Shown piece by piece: positions 36,607 to 45,595 of a stretch of 64,000 nucleotides of DNA (positions are counted from its first letter, which is position 1; each line of letters starts with the position of its first letter). The DNA lies in IMG/VR virus record IMGVR_UViG_3300025936_000002, positions 1-64,000 of that record; one strand, written 5' to 3'. Position numbers and translations under genes: made by a program. Below the pieces are notes generated by a model. The model made no database searches and was not told where the DNA came from. It saw only the letters and a program-made list of their open reading frames with translations. The DNA comes from a virus (taxonomy: Duplodnaviria > Caudoviricetes).

Positions 36607-36850
36607 ATCGTGGTCGAAGGCGAAGCAGTAAATCCGCCTCCTTTAGGGGGCACCATTTAGGTACTGGTGCATTTGACGCCCCTAATAGGTAAGGCGTTCG
36701 CATTATTCGATAGCCGTCCTCGCTAGCATCGTCATGCGTACATGCCCATTGCATGGTCTCTTCGTCTGAGGTAGCAAACGGACAAAACACGCAATCGCGG
36801 ATTATCTTGAGCTTAGTTAACCGTCGCTTTTTCAACGCGTCATCTCCCAC
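36590..36850 (-). CDS. Small Cys-rich protein (CxxCP...C...CPL)
   Basis: DCVFCPF, WAC and VPKWCPL; similar to 8550-8801. Confidence 0.5.
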   Translation of the reverse strand: MGDDALKKRRLTKLKIIRDCVFCPFATSDEETMQWACTHDDASEDGYRIMRTPYLLGASNAPVPKWCPLKEADLLLRLRPRSKSAS

Positions 36851-37175
36851 GACGCAATGATCGTCGGGAAGATCGGTCGCAGTAGCTCTAACATCGCTTC
36901 GGCATAGACGCGTATTTCATATTGCGCATGACGACCCATCGCCGCCTAGCATACGTTGACGGTCTGCCACCTTGGCTGCTAAACCTAGAAACCAACATGT
37001 CCCGCAACCCGACCAAGCCATCCTGCTGCACGCGGCCGATCGTTCGGCCGGCTCCGACCATGCCCAAGCGGCCCTCCTCGCCGCGGCCTATCGCGCGGCC
37101 TCGATAGTTTCCGCGGCATGCTGAAACCATTACGTTGGTGGTCTGCCACGAACCTGTGATAGCCTCGAAAGCGCC

Positions 37176-37424
37176 ATGGCAAAGAAGAGACGCGTCAAGT
37201 GGAAATCGGAGCGTATCTCCGACAAGCGTGGTTTTCGTGAGAGGGCGGTGGTAGGTCGCTGCCGATTGAGCGTGGTTGCTTACCCGAACGAGGCTGCGCC
37301 GTTTTATTGGCGTATCAGCCGAGGACGAAAGACTACCGCAATCGCTAGCGGCTCTACGAGAACCATGAACGCAGCCAAGATCACCAGCGTTCAACGCGCG
37401 CGAGTATTATGCGGTCGTCGCTAG
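37176..37424 (+). CDS. Arg/Lys-rich small protein
   Basis: MAKKRRVK start; basic; two Cys. Confidence 0.6.
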   Translation: MAKKRRVKWKSERISDKRGFRERAVVGRCRLSVVAYPNEAAPFYWRISRGRKTTAIASGSTRTMNAAKITSVQRARVLCGRR

Positions 37425-37446
37425 AAAATGGTAGATTGATCTGACC

Positions 37447-37683
37447 ATGGCGAAGAAAGCAGCCGGCTGCGCACGCAAGACGATCCGATTCAAGACCAAG
37501 CGGGGCAAGGTCATCCAGTTCTCAGGCCACAGCGGTAAGGCCTGCGGTCCTCGGCCCAAACCCAAGACGGGACACCTCAAGGTGTACCAAAACGCCTTGG
37601 CTTCAGCCTCACGAAGCTGCAAGCGCAAGAACCTGAAGCGAGGCGCGTTCCTCAACTGCGTCGCCAGCGCGATGCCTCGTTAG
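37447..37683 (+). CDS. Arg/Lys/Cys-rich small protein
   Basis: MAKKAAGC start; four Cys; strong codon bias. Confidence 0.7.
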   Translation: MAKKAAGCARKTIRFKTKRGKVIQFSGHSGKACGPRPKPKTGHLKVYQNALASASRSCKRKNLKRGAFLNCVASAMPR

Positions 37684-37714
37684 TCGCGTCATGCTGTAGC
37701 GGTACAATCACCAA

Positions 37715-37942
37715 ATGATGTGGTTGTGGATCGTTGCAGCTATATGCCTCTACGCATTCATCGGCGGGGCAACCTTTGGGGTAGCAAAGCGTCTCGATCT
37801 GGGGCCCGACTACTGCACGGCCGGCGTAGTTATGTGGCCGCTCGCGTGGATAGCTTTATTGCTTTCGCTGCTCTTCTACCTCGGCATGCGCTTGGAGTAT
37901 GTGTTGCCCGCAATGATCGCGAGACGGAAGCAGCGCCCATGA
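37715..37942 (+). CDS. Two-TM membrane protein
   Basis: Two hydrophobic helices with the motif VVMWPLAW. Confidence 0.55.
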   Translation: MMWLWIVAAICLYAFIGGATFGVAKRLDLGPDYCTAGVVMWPLAWIALLLSLLFYLGMRLEYVLPAMIARRKQRP

Positions 37943-38088
37943 CCGCCAAAAAGCGCCGAGCGATCAAGCTCAAGGCGGAGCAAGTCCAGAGGATCGAGGC
38001 CTACTGCAAGGCTCGTGGCATCTCCACGCGTAGATTCCTTGAAGATCGGATCGACGAAGCCATTTCGGATCTAGAGACCACTAACTAG
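37939..38088 (+). CDS. RHH/CopG-like regulator
   Basis: RAIKLKAEQVQRIEAYCKARGISTRRFLEDRI. Confidence 0.55.
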   Translation: MTAKKRRAIKLKAEQVQRIEAYCKARGISTRRFLEDRIDEAISDLETTN

Positions 38089-38324
38089 GCAGACCGAGGC
38101 GCCGTTGCGCGCGCTCGATCACCAGTACGATCGAATCGTCGCTAACCTCGATCCCTTTGGGCGGGAGCGACGAGTCGTCCAACGCTGCGGAGACCGCTCC
38201 GGCGGCAGCTTGGACCTTCAGGTGAGCATCTACGGCCTTCACGGCTGCAGCTTGGAGGGCCTGCTCTCCAGTCGAGCTGCCCTGCGCCAACCGCCGGCGT
38301 GGTGTTGCCATGATCATCTCCCCT

Positions 38325-38744
38325 TCACCGAGGCGATCGAGGCCCCGTGAACCGATCATGCAGCTTGCCTAGCACCTCCGTCAACACCTCTGCCGACTTG
38401 CTTGTCTGCTCGCTGATCGTGCCAACGACGGCAGTGAACTCCTTGCGCATGGCGTCCTCGTGGACGCGGTTGTCGCTGTAGATGTGCCGCAGTGCCTCAG
38501 CGTGCTCCTTCGCCTGTGCGGCGATTTTAGCTTCGCACTCGGCACGAATCGCCACCTCGCGTGCGTTGCGCTTCTCGAGTTCCACAGCGTTGGCCTTGTC
38601 GGCATCCGCTTTGGCCCCCTCCGCTTTGCTGATGCGCGTATCAGCCCACTTGAACAAGAACGCCACGACTGCAGCCAACACGCCCACCGCCGCCATGCCC
38701 TGCCATGGCTCGACGTTCGCAGCGACGGTAACGAGGCTCACCAC
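38325..38744 (-). CDS. N-anchored membrane protein with coiled coil (holin/lysis-like, unproven)
   Basis: One TM (VGVLAAVVAFLFKW) followed by a long charged helix. Confidence 0.5.
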   Translation of the reverse strand: MVSLVTVAANVEPWQGMAAVGVLAAVVAFLFKWADTRISKAEGAKADADKANAVELEKRNAREVAIRAECEAKIAAQAKEHAEALRHIYSDNRVHEDAMRKEFTAVVGTISEQTSKSAEVLTEVLGKLHDRFTGPRSPR

Positions 38745-39026
38745 GCCATCATATCAAGTCGGGGTTGAGATGCGCTAATCGTGCATGCACACGTTTAGGC
38801 AAAGCTATAAAAATGTTGACATTTTAGTCAATTTACAATATCGCGCTCTCGACGAACAGGGCCAAAGCCATCGGCGGCAGTATCGATGAGGATCCGAACC
38901 ACCTTACGTTGCCTTAGTCGTTCTGCAATTTCTCGTGTGTACTTACCGAAGCCGGCGCCGGCACCAATGGTGCAATCAGCCTCCATGGCCCTCGCGGCAT
39001 CTAGTTCATCGCGGCGCTTCATCGCT

Positions 39027-39377
39027 TTAGGCCTCAACGGCTGCGCGGAGAATATCGTAGAGCTGCTGATCGCCTACAGCACCCTCATACTTGACCGGAT
39101 GTTCGTAGCGCCTAAACAAGACGGTGGTGGGCAGCCCAACTACTGCCAGCTCATCTGCCACCTTGTTGATCTGCGGATCTGCGCTCTGAGCATCCAAGAG
39201 CAGGATCGGAATTTCGTCCTCGGCGAAGGACTGTCCCTTATCACCGAAGACGAGGCGATGGCCGTAGCCTTGCCACCGCTTCACTTGATTCTCGAGCCGC
39301 GGTTTGAACTCTTCGCAGGCAGGACATCCCCGCATCGCAAAGACTACGATCACGGCTGGGCAATGCTCGAAGCTCAT
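39027..39377 (-). CDS. Thioredoxin-fold protein
   Basis: VVFAMRGCPACEEFKP (CxxC) and VGLPTTVLF (cis-Pro loop). Confidence 0.78.
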   Translation of the reverse strand: MSFEHCPAVIVVFAMRGCPACEEFKPRLENQVKRWQGYGHRLVFGDKGQSFAEDEIPILLLDAQSADPQINKVADELAVVGLPTTVLFRRYEHPVKYEGAVGDQQLYDILRAAVEA

Positions 39378-39661
39378 GGCATTTCTTCCCAAAGATGCTT
39401 CAGGCTGCCTAGAAGTTCATACAACTCTTTGGCACACGTGAGAGTCAATGCACGCCAATTGACATCAGCCCACGTTCTGCCGTTGGGTGACCACGCGCTA
39501 CCGTCGATATCTACAACACGATCAACGATTTGCGTATTGATCGGCGTACCCTCGAGGGATACACAAATACGAGGAGAATCGTTTGGGTCATCTCCTACAC
39601 TGACACCAACGCAGTCAGGGTTGGTGACATCGGCAATGCTGAATTCGTAGTAGTTGGCCAT
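39374..39661 (-). CDS. Hypothetical protein
   Basis: 95-aa ORF, ATG-coupled to the thioredoxin gene. Confidence 0.45.
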   Translation of the reverse strand: MANYYEFSIADVTNPDCVGVSVGDDPNDSPRICVSLEGTPINTQIVDRVVDIDGSAWSPNGRTWADVNWRALTLTCAKELYELLGSLKHLWEEMP

Positions 39662-39696
39662 AGATTGCCCTATCAGCTAACCACGGTGGGCTGCCA

Positions 39697-40155
39697 TCAT
39701 CTGATCTTAGGGCGTCGTCTACCACGAATGCGATCAATTACTTCTTGCGGACGGCCGTCACGTGTGGCGTCACGAGCTACTTGCTCTGGGCCGGAGATGA
39801 CGCATCCACGTTTCATCTGCATCTCCCAGATCAACCGCTCCTTTCGATCTGCCTCACGTCGATTTCCAGCTACAATTTCCGTAGTAGGCATCGGATCCTC
39901 GCCGTACGTACGTCGATAGGCCTCAACGCTTCGTGGATCTAAGTCGCGTTCTGTTTTAGCGTTGCGCAAAACAGCAATGAATGAAGAGAGAAGCCACCTT
40001 GGTTTGGTTTCTCCTTGCTGCTTTTTAGGGATCTCATACAGCCTACCGACTCGTGCAGCAGCTCGATCCAGCTGTTTAGGAGTCATGTCACGTAGACGAT
40101 CTGTCCGTACGCGACAGATATTTATTTCTGGCTTGTTTTTTCGTCCTCGTGCCAT
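39697..40155 (-). CDS. Hypothetical basic protein
   Basis: 152-aa ORF; GGAAAG RBS. Confidence 0.45.
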   Translation of the reverse strand: MARGRKNKPEINICRVRTDRLRDMTPKQLDRAAARVGRLYEIPKKQQGETKPRWLLSSFIAVLRNAKTERDLDPRSVEAYRRTYGEDPMPTTEIVAGNRREADRKERLIWEMQMKRGCVISGPEQVARDATRDGRPQEVIDRIRGRRRPKIR

Positions 40156-40164
40156 CTTTCCACC

Positions 40165-41049
40165 TCAGAATTGCGGCAGATCGAGGATAGGGCGGCCTTG
40201 GGCGCGGCGTTGGATGGCCTTCAGGACCACGAGCGCTCCGACGCCAGCAACCACCGTGAAACCGGTCCACTGCAGCCATCCCCACGGCTTGTTTTGGCCA
40301 GGCAGCGCAAACTTGGGCTTGTCGACGATCTTGTTGCAGGTGGCAACGCACGCATCGGTTTGGCCACCTTGACCAGTGCAGGTTTTGAGGCATTCGAGAC
40401 GAGCGGCGGTGTAATTGGCGAACGCGTTGGCTTGCTCCGCGACTTGCTTGGAGTTGGATTCTTGGACCGCGCTCGTCTCGAGGTAGTGCATGATTGCGAC
40501 GATCGCTACGGATACAGCAATAGCGATACCGGCAATTGCGATCAGGACTATCGGCAGAACACCCAAGCCGTTCGTGGCGGTTTGGCTTCGCGCCGCTTGA
40601 ACCTGCAGGAGCGTCGAAAAGCTCGGCGCCCGTTCAGGATTCAACGCAAATTGATCTTGGGTGACGATCTGGATCTCGTTGGTCGACAGCCGCTGCGCCT
40701 TCTTGGTTGGCGTCATAGCCGCCCTGAGCGCCCCCGAGAGTGAGTTTCCACCCCCCTCGCAATTCATTTGCCAGGCAGTTTCGCCGGAGACGCCCTTCCA
40801 AGCGAACAGGGTCGGCGCTGTAGGTAGCTCGGGCACACCCTGCTCGCCGTTGGCCCGCAGCGTCGCCAGCATACCCGCCTGCGTGTTGTAAGTGGCCAAG
40901 GCCCACAGGTTGTAGGCCTTTACCTCGTCGCAGGTAGCCTCGCCGACTTGGAGCAGGCCAGCGATGTTGCCTGCCGCCCTCCGCATCGCCTGGTAGAGGC
41001 GCTCGATGTTGTCGGCGATCGTCTTGAGCCTGGTGGCGTCGTCGGCCAT
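40165..41049 (-). CDS. Two-TM membrane protein with Cys-bridged loop
   Basis: TNGLG precedes TM1, loop has CLKTC...CVATC, then TM2 and a basic tail. Confidence 0.75.
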   Translation of the reverse strand: MADDATRLKTIADNIERLYQAMRRAAGNIAGLLQVGEATCDEVKAYNLWALATYNTQAGMLATLRANGEQGVPELPTAPTLFAWKGVSGETAWQMNCEGGGNSLSGALRAAMTPTKKAQRLSTNEIQIVTQDQFALNPERAPSFSTLLQVQAARSQTATNGLGVLPIVLIAIAGIAIAVSVAIVAIMHYLETSAVQESNSKQVAEQANAFANYTAARLECLKTCTGQGGQTDACVATCNKIVDKPKFALPGQNKPWGWLQWTGFTVVAGVGALVVLKAIQRRAQGRPILDLPQF

Positions 41050-41285
41050 GCCAAGGAGCTTACCACAGGTGCTAGGCGTCTAGTCATCCTCCAGTAAGCA
41101 CAGCGCGGTTTGAAGCATCTGCCTCAGCTTGGCCTTGACGAGCGGCACGGTCGATTCATGGACGCCGATCGAAATACGACCCCGCCAAAGATGCTCCCAA
41201 TGCTCAACCTCAATATTGATTGAGCCATGGTCCTCAGAATGATCGGCTTTGAACATCATCGGTTGGAGCGGCATCGCAGACCAAG

Positions 41286-41594
41286 CTACAGCTTTGATCT
41301 GACAAGTGCTGCCACGCCAATCACGCCTATCCCCAAGAGGCTCCAAGTCCACCACGGCCAGCCACCAAAACCAAAACCACCTAGGCCGGATTCCACCCGT
41401 CGAAGGCGTGTATAGTAGTCGGGCACCTCGTAGAGATGATCGAGAGCGATCTCATACGCGATTTGCGGATCGCGCGTGTGTTCCATCTCGACGCGGATTC
41501 CCTCTTGGATCTGCCATGGATCGACATCGATCGGCCCCATGCCAGAGGATTTACCTCCAGGGATGCGTTCAGGTCGCGGCGGCCAAACCAACAT
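41286..41594 (-). CDS. DUF5661-like domain with C-terminal TM anchor
   Basis: GIRVEMEHT.DP.IAYEIALDHL.E.PDYYTRL, then SGLGG and a TM helix. Confidence 0.72.
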   Translation of the reverse strand: MLVWPPRPERIPGGKSSGMGPIDVDPWQIQEGIRVEMEHTRDPQIAYEIALDHLYEVPDYYTRLRRVESGLGGFGFGGWPWWTWSLLGIGVIGVAALVRSKL

Positions 41595-41596
41595 GT

Positions 41597-41962
41597 CTAG
41601 AGCTGGGTTGCCATCCCAACTTCGGCCGGAACGTTTTGGAAGACTTGGTAACTGATCTCGACACCTGAGCCATCGGCACCCCCAGAGGGGGTGGAGACGA
41701 AAAGGCTTTGGCCCTTGGCCAAGACGAAGACGTCGACTTGACCGGCGGGAAGCTTCCAGGTGTCGATCTGAGTCGGGAAGGTCTGCAGCGTCGAAGCGTC
41801 GAACGCGATCAAGACATATTGCCCATAGGCGTTGTTACGCACCCGGACAACGCAATCGTATCCGACGCGATCGACGATCACCGCAGGTGTAATTGGCGTC
41901 GGCGTCGCCGGTGGGCCGGATATGATCGGAACCTTGAGCGTATTTACGCGGCTAGCAAACAT
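41597..41962 (-). CDS. Small beta-rich virion protein (penton/spike candidate)
   Basis: 121 aa, all-beta pattern, immediately after the small capsid candidate. Confidence 0.5.
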   Translation of the reverse strand: MFASRVNTLKVPIISGPPATPTPITPAVIVDRVGYDCVVRVRNNAYGQYVLIAFDASTLQTFPTQIDTWKLPAGQVDVFVLAKGQSLFVSTPSGGADGSGVEISYQVFQNVPAEVGMATQL

Positions 41963-41981
41963 GACAGATCAATTCGCTAGG

Positions 41982-42479
41982 CTAGCGGTTGTTCGTCGCA
42001 GGAGCGATGACAATCAGGAAGCCTTCGAAGGTAATGGCCACCAAGATCGATGCCATATTCGTAACAGCAGGGAACGTGTCCGCTTGGACCGTGACTTGGA
42101 ACCCCGTCGAGCACTGCAGATACTCCGGATCGGCCCACTCCCAGGTCCGCTCCGACGAGCCTTTGGTGAGCGTCCCGATGCGGGTCGGGACACGCGTCAT
42201 GGCCTGCTCGCGGTTGAACACCTTGATCGAGACCTTGATCAAGCCAGCAAGTAGCTCCTGGTCGGGCTGCGTGGGGAGCATCACGCCTTGAGAGTCAAGC
42301 GCGTAGAGCCGCGGGATCATTCGATGGACCTCGAACGGCTTATCCGTCTGACAACTAAAGGTCGCCTGCGGGAAATCGGTCGCAACCTGTGCTGTAATGA
42401 GCAAAAGCTCGCCGAACAGCGAGTAGGGATCCCGATCGGTGATGACGCGGTCAGCGTAGGTATTTGGCAGACGACCCAT
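41982..42479 (-). CDS. Candidate small single-jelly-roll major capsid protein
   Basis: 165 aa, all-beta pattern (DPY...DKPFEV...ITFEG), AGGAG RBS, strong codon bias. Confidence 0.55.
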   Translation of the reverse strand: MGRLPNTYADRVITDRDPYSLFGELLLITAQVATDFPQATFSCQTDKPFEVHRMIPRLYALDSQGVMLPTQPDQELLAGLIKVSIKVFNREQAMTRVPTRIGTLTKGSSERTWEWADPEYLQCSTGFQVTVQADTFPAVTNMASILVAITFEGFLIVIAPATNNR

Positions 42480-42607
42480 GACGTTTGGACTCCTGCCGCA
42501 TTGATGCTAGCGGCCTATCTAACGTCCACGAATCGTTACATAAAGTCAAAAAAGACGCAGATTTACGGCGGGGAGATCATCCAAACCAATAAGCCAATCG
42601 AGACAAG

Positions 42608-42952
42608 GTGATGGCCAAGCCGAAGGAGGTGGTTTTCTTCGAGCGGCCCACCGTGACCGGTCGGCTTTACAGCGCCAAAGGGCCCTCAGGCTGGCTCGAG
42701 ACGTTCCCCCGTAAGCAGCTCGATCTGCAGCTGCAAGCCTTCCTCGGCTTGGCTCCGATCGATCAAGTCGTCGCCACCTTCATCACGCTGCGCGAGGTCG
42801 ACGATGACGAACCCACTACGTGGCAAACCGTCATCGGCTACCTGGGCCGAATGGTCGGCTTGTCGCCCTTAGAAGTCCCGCCAGAAATCGGGCTCGCCTT
42901 TTGGGGGCGAGTCGAATTGGAGTTAGCTACCAGACAAACACAAACAAATTGA
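42608..42952 (+). CDS. Hypothetical protein
   Basis: AAGG RBS; 114 aa; opposite strand to the capsid genes. Confidence 0.55.
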   Translation: MMAKPKEVVFFERPTVTGRLYSAKGPSGWLETFPRKQLDLQLQAFLGLAPIDQVVATFITLREVDDDEPTTWQTVIGYLGRMVGLSPLEVPPEIGLAFWGRVELELATRQTQTN

Positions 42953-42958
42953 AAAGCC

Positions 42959-43294
42959 ATGACGTTAGACGATCTTCCAAAGTTGTTCGCCACCGCACGA
43001 ATCGAAGCCTCGACGTCTGCGAGGTATGTTACTGGAGCGGCGCCCCATGGTGTATGCCGCTATTGTGGCGAAGCTCTACAGTTGTTCCAGTCACACGGGC
43101 TAGATGGACATGCCCGTTGCTGCGTAACCATTCAATTTCAACGGGCGGTATACATGCTTTATTGGAATACGCCTAGACTCAATAAAACTAGTATCGCCAA
43201 GGCTTGTGGAGTTAGCATTACTGCAGTTAGCAAATGGATTGACCGTGTAGTCCACGAACGCAAAGCGCCACCATCCGAAGATGGTGGCGCCTAG
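42959..43294 (+). CDS. Zn-finger + HTH regulator
   Basis: CRYC...H..C and KTSIAKACGVSITAVSKWI (HTH). Confidence 0.6.
   Translation: MTLDDLPKLFATARIEASTSARYVTGAAPHGVCRYCGEALQLFQSHGLDGHARCCVTIQFQRAVYMLYWNTPRLNKTSIAKACGVSITAVSKWIDRVVHERKAPPSEDGGA
43265..43290 (-). terminator. Intrinsic terminator hairpin downstream of the large capsid gene
   Basis: Perfect 11-bp stem gcgccaccatc with loop cUUCGg on the minus strand followed by TTT; a T-run also lies on the plus side. Confidence 0.75.
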
Positions 43295-43320
43295 TTCTGG
43301 TTTTTTGAAACCGAGAACTA

Positions 43321-44028
43321 CTAGGTCACGTTGCGCTTGATCAGGCCGTAGAGATAGCTCTTGATGTCGGCAAACGTCAAGTTATCGCCGCCATCCGAGG
43401 CGGGCTGGACGATGACCGGCGGCGCCTCGGGGTTGAACTCGAGCCGATACGCGATGTTCTCGCGCATCCAGATCGGCAGAACGAGCGCGTTGCGATCGCG
43501 GGGCGACGGAACGCCGTTCTGCGCGAGCTCGAAGTTGGCGTTGGTGCTGAACACGTTGAAGCCATGCCCCTGCGGGTAGTCCTGGATCACACCGGACGTG
43601 TACACCTTGTCGTTGTACTTGAACTCCAGGTAGGTCACGCGATCGACGTTGAACAGCGTCCGCAGCGTGGCCGGATCCGACAGTGCACCGTTGGTGTCCG
43701 GGAACTGCGGCTGCGTCGCGTTCTCGGCCGGGCGCTCGACGCGGACCATCTTGATCCCGATGCCGTAGATGAACATCTCCCACGACATCGGCAGACCGGT
43801 ATCACCGGCGCGAGCGAGGTTGCTATCCACGCGGGTGCTAGTACGTGTGCCGCCGTTGATCGGCTGCGCGCGACCGTTCACGAACGCCTGCAGACCGAAG
43901 GTCTGCCCGTTGGTGAACTGCACGGTGCTATACAGCTTGTCATCGATCCAGTCTTCGATCTGGATCGTCTGCCCGCTGGGCAGGGTGAACGTGGTGGTTC
44001 CTGGTGCTACTCCGACAGTGCCGGCCAT
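43321..44028 (-). CDS. Candidate large single-jelly-roll major capsid protein
   Basis: 235 aa, beta-rich, extreme GC3 bias, AAGGAG RBS and own terminator. Motifs T..DSN...G.LP..WE..IYGI, NGVP and YLYG...R.V are recalled from jelly-roll capsid proteins. Confidence 0.62.
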   Translation of the reverse strand: MAGTVGVAPGTTTFTLPSGQTIQIEDWIDDKLYSTVQFTNGQTFGLQAFVNGRAQPINGGTRTSTRVDSNLARAGDTGLPMSWEMFIYGIGIKMVRVERPAENATQPQFPDTNGALSDPATLRTLFNVDRVTYLEFKYNDKVYTSGVIQDYPQGHGFNVFSTNANFELAQNGVPSPRDRNALVLPIWMRENIAYRLEFNPEAPPVIVQPASDGGDNLTFADIKSYLYGLIKRNVT

Positions 44029-44096
44029 GGTGGCTTCTCCTTGCGATGTGATGAGTCATGAACGGCGCCGAACGAGCGCCAAGGAAGACGAGGTGA

Positions 44097-44717
44097 CTAG
44101 CGACCGGCCCCGAGGAGCGTGGCGCCGTAGGCGGCGGCGAGGTTGTGCGTCGGGGGACCGCCGGCGCCGAGGAGCTGGATCGATGCTGCCGACGGAGTGC
44201 CGAGCAGCGAGATGGGCGGAGCGCCGCCGCCGGGGCCCGCGAGGTGCGAACCCGCAACGCCCGGGATTGCACCCTGAGCATGCGAGACCGGCGAGAGCTC
44301 GGGGAGCCCGAGACCGTTGAGCGCCCGCGTGGCCGGATAGCCCAGCCCGTTGAGCGCCCGCGCCTGCGGGAACCCGAGACCCTTGACCTCAGGCGGCACG
44401 ACCTTGGCCGGCACCGTCGCTTCGCCCATCATCCACTTGCCGATCAGAGGCAGCCCCGCGACGAGGAGCGCCGTCACCGTGCTGGCAACGGCTGCGCCGC
44501 GGGTCGACTTCATCGAAGCCAGCACCGCAGATGTCGCGAGGCCGAGACCAAGGCCGATCGCTTCGGCATGCTGAGAGCCGCCGATGTGGCGTGCCGCAAG
44601 CGTACCGACGCCCGCTACGCCACCACCGATCAGAGCACCATACGTCGGGTTGAGACGCCCGCCCTTGAACATCCCGAGCCCCAGCAGATCGACGCCCGAG
44701 GAAATCAGCTTTGCCAT
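44097..44717 (-). CDS. Membrane-associated virion protein with four xxGLG motifs
   Basis: LLGLG, VKGLG, LNGLG and LNGLG; Gly/Ala-rich hydrophobic helices; directly upstream of the capsid gene. Confidence 0.75.
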   Translation of the reverse strand: MAKLISSGVDLLGLGMFKGGRLNPTYGALIGGGVAGVGTLAARHIGGSQHAEAIGLGLGLATSAVLASMKSTRGAAVASTVTALLVAGLPLIGKWMMGEATVPAKVVPPEVKGLGFPQARALNGLGYPATRALNGLGLPELSPVSHAQGAIPGVAGSHLAGPGGGAPPISLLGTPSAASIQLLGAGGPPTHNLAAAYGATLLGAGR

Positions 44718-44754
44718 TTGAAAATTCTCCTGATCTTGATCTTGGGAAACGGGA

Positions 44755-44922
44755 TCAGCAGCCGCCCTTGACGAAGGTCCAACCGCTGCGGTGTTTCTTC
44801 GAGCGACCGACGAAGCAGAGCTTCACGCCGCGTCCACGCTTGGTGCGAACGCACTTGCACTGCTTATGCTTGGACGCGCCGAGACCCCCACCCGGGCCGT
44901 CTAGACTCATGATCTTCGCCAT
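44755..44922 (-). CDS. Lys/Arg/Cys-rich small protein
   Basis: MAKIMSLDGPGGGLG followed by a basic segment with four Cys. Confidence 0.65.
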   Translation of the reverse strand: MAKIMSLDGPGGGLGASKHKQCKCVRTKRGRGVKLCFVGRSKKHRSGWTFVKGGC

Positions 44923-44938
44923 GTTGATTGACCCCTGA

Positions 44939-45442
44939 TCAGCGGTACCATTGGCGTAGAGGACGATCGATGAGGGCTTGTGCCTGCGCGGCCGGGAATG
45001 CCACGCCGTAGCGATCCTTTTGGATCGCCATGAGTCCCGCCATCTGCGCGGCCAGCTGCGGCGCGATTTGCTGCGCCATACCCGGAGCCGGGCCGGGCAT
45101 ACCCAACCCATTCATGGGTTGAGGTGGCATCCGCGGCACACCACTTGCCGTAGGTGGCATCGGATGTGGAGCAGGCATCCCAGCAGACATCAGCTTCTTG
45201 GCTCGACGCTCGGCGATCCAAGCTCGGAGCCGAGCGAGGAACCGCTCCACGGGGGCCGGCATCGCGCCGAGACCCTGCAGCATCATGCCGCGCTCGGCAC
45301 CCTGCGTGAACGCCATCGCCACCGCCTCGACGTCCGCCGGCGGCTGATAGCCCACCATCGGAGCCAGGACGCTGGTGCGATACACCCGATCGGGACGCAT
45401 GAAATGCATCCCGTCGCCGTGCCTGTTGGTAAAATCAGCCAT
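44939..45442 (-). CDS. Pro/Met-rich virion-associated protein
   Basis: LQGLG and MNGLG motifs; first gene of the capsid operon. Confidence 0.65.
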   Translation of the reverse strand: MADFTNRHGDGMHFMRPDRVYRTSVLAPMVGYQPPADVEAVAMAFTQGAERGMMLQGLGAMPAPVERFLARLRAWIAERRAKKLMSAGMPAPHPMPPTASGVPRMPPQPMNGLGMPGPAPGMAQQIAPQLAAQMAGLMAIQKDRYGVAFPAAQAQALIDRPLRQWYR

Positions 45443-45477
45443 GTATGCAACATCGAACGTTGACGGATTTTTGTCAA

Positions 45478-45493
45478 AAATTACGCGTAGTTA
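45478..45493 (-). promoter_or_regulatory. Candidate operator abutting a TTGACA -35 box of the capsid operon
   Basis: Minus strand reads TAACTACGCGTAATTT TTGACA N17 GATGTT, then 6 nt to the ATG at 45442. Confidence 0.55.
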
Positions 45494-45595
45494 TACAGAC
45501 TCAAGGCGAGGCTAGATCAAAGCATGCTATACAAGTGCTCAAACCAAAACGGATCGGGGGCGATTCGTAGTGGCTAATGCAGATCCAACGCAGCC

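Noticed and set aside
38816-38831. TTGAC-N6-GTCAA dyad (also N8 at 45460) as a shared operator
   Set aside because: Spacing is inconsistent; more simply explained as back-to-back -35 boxes.
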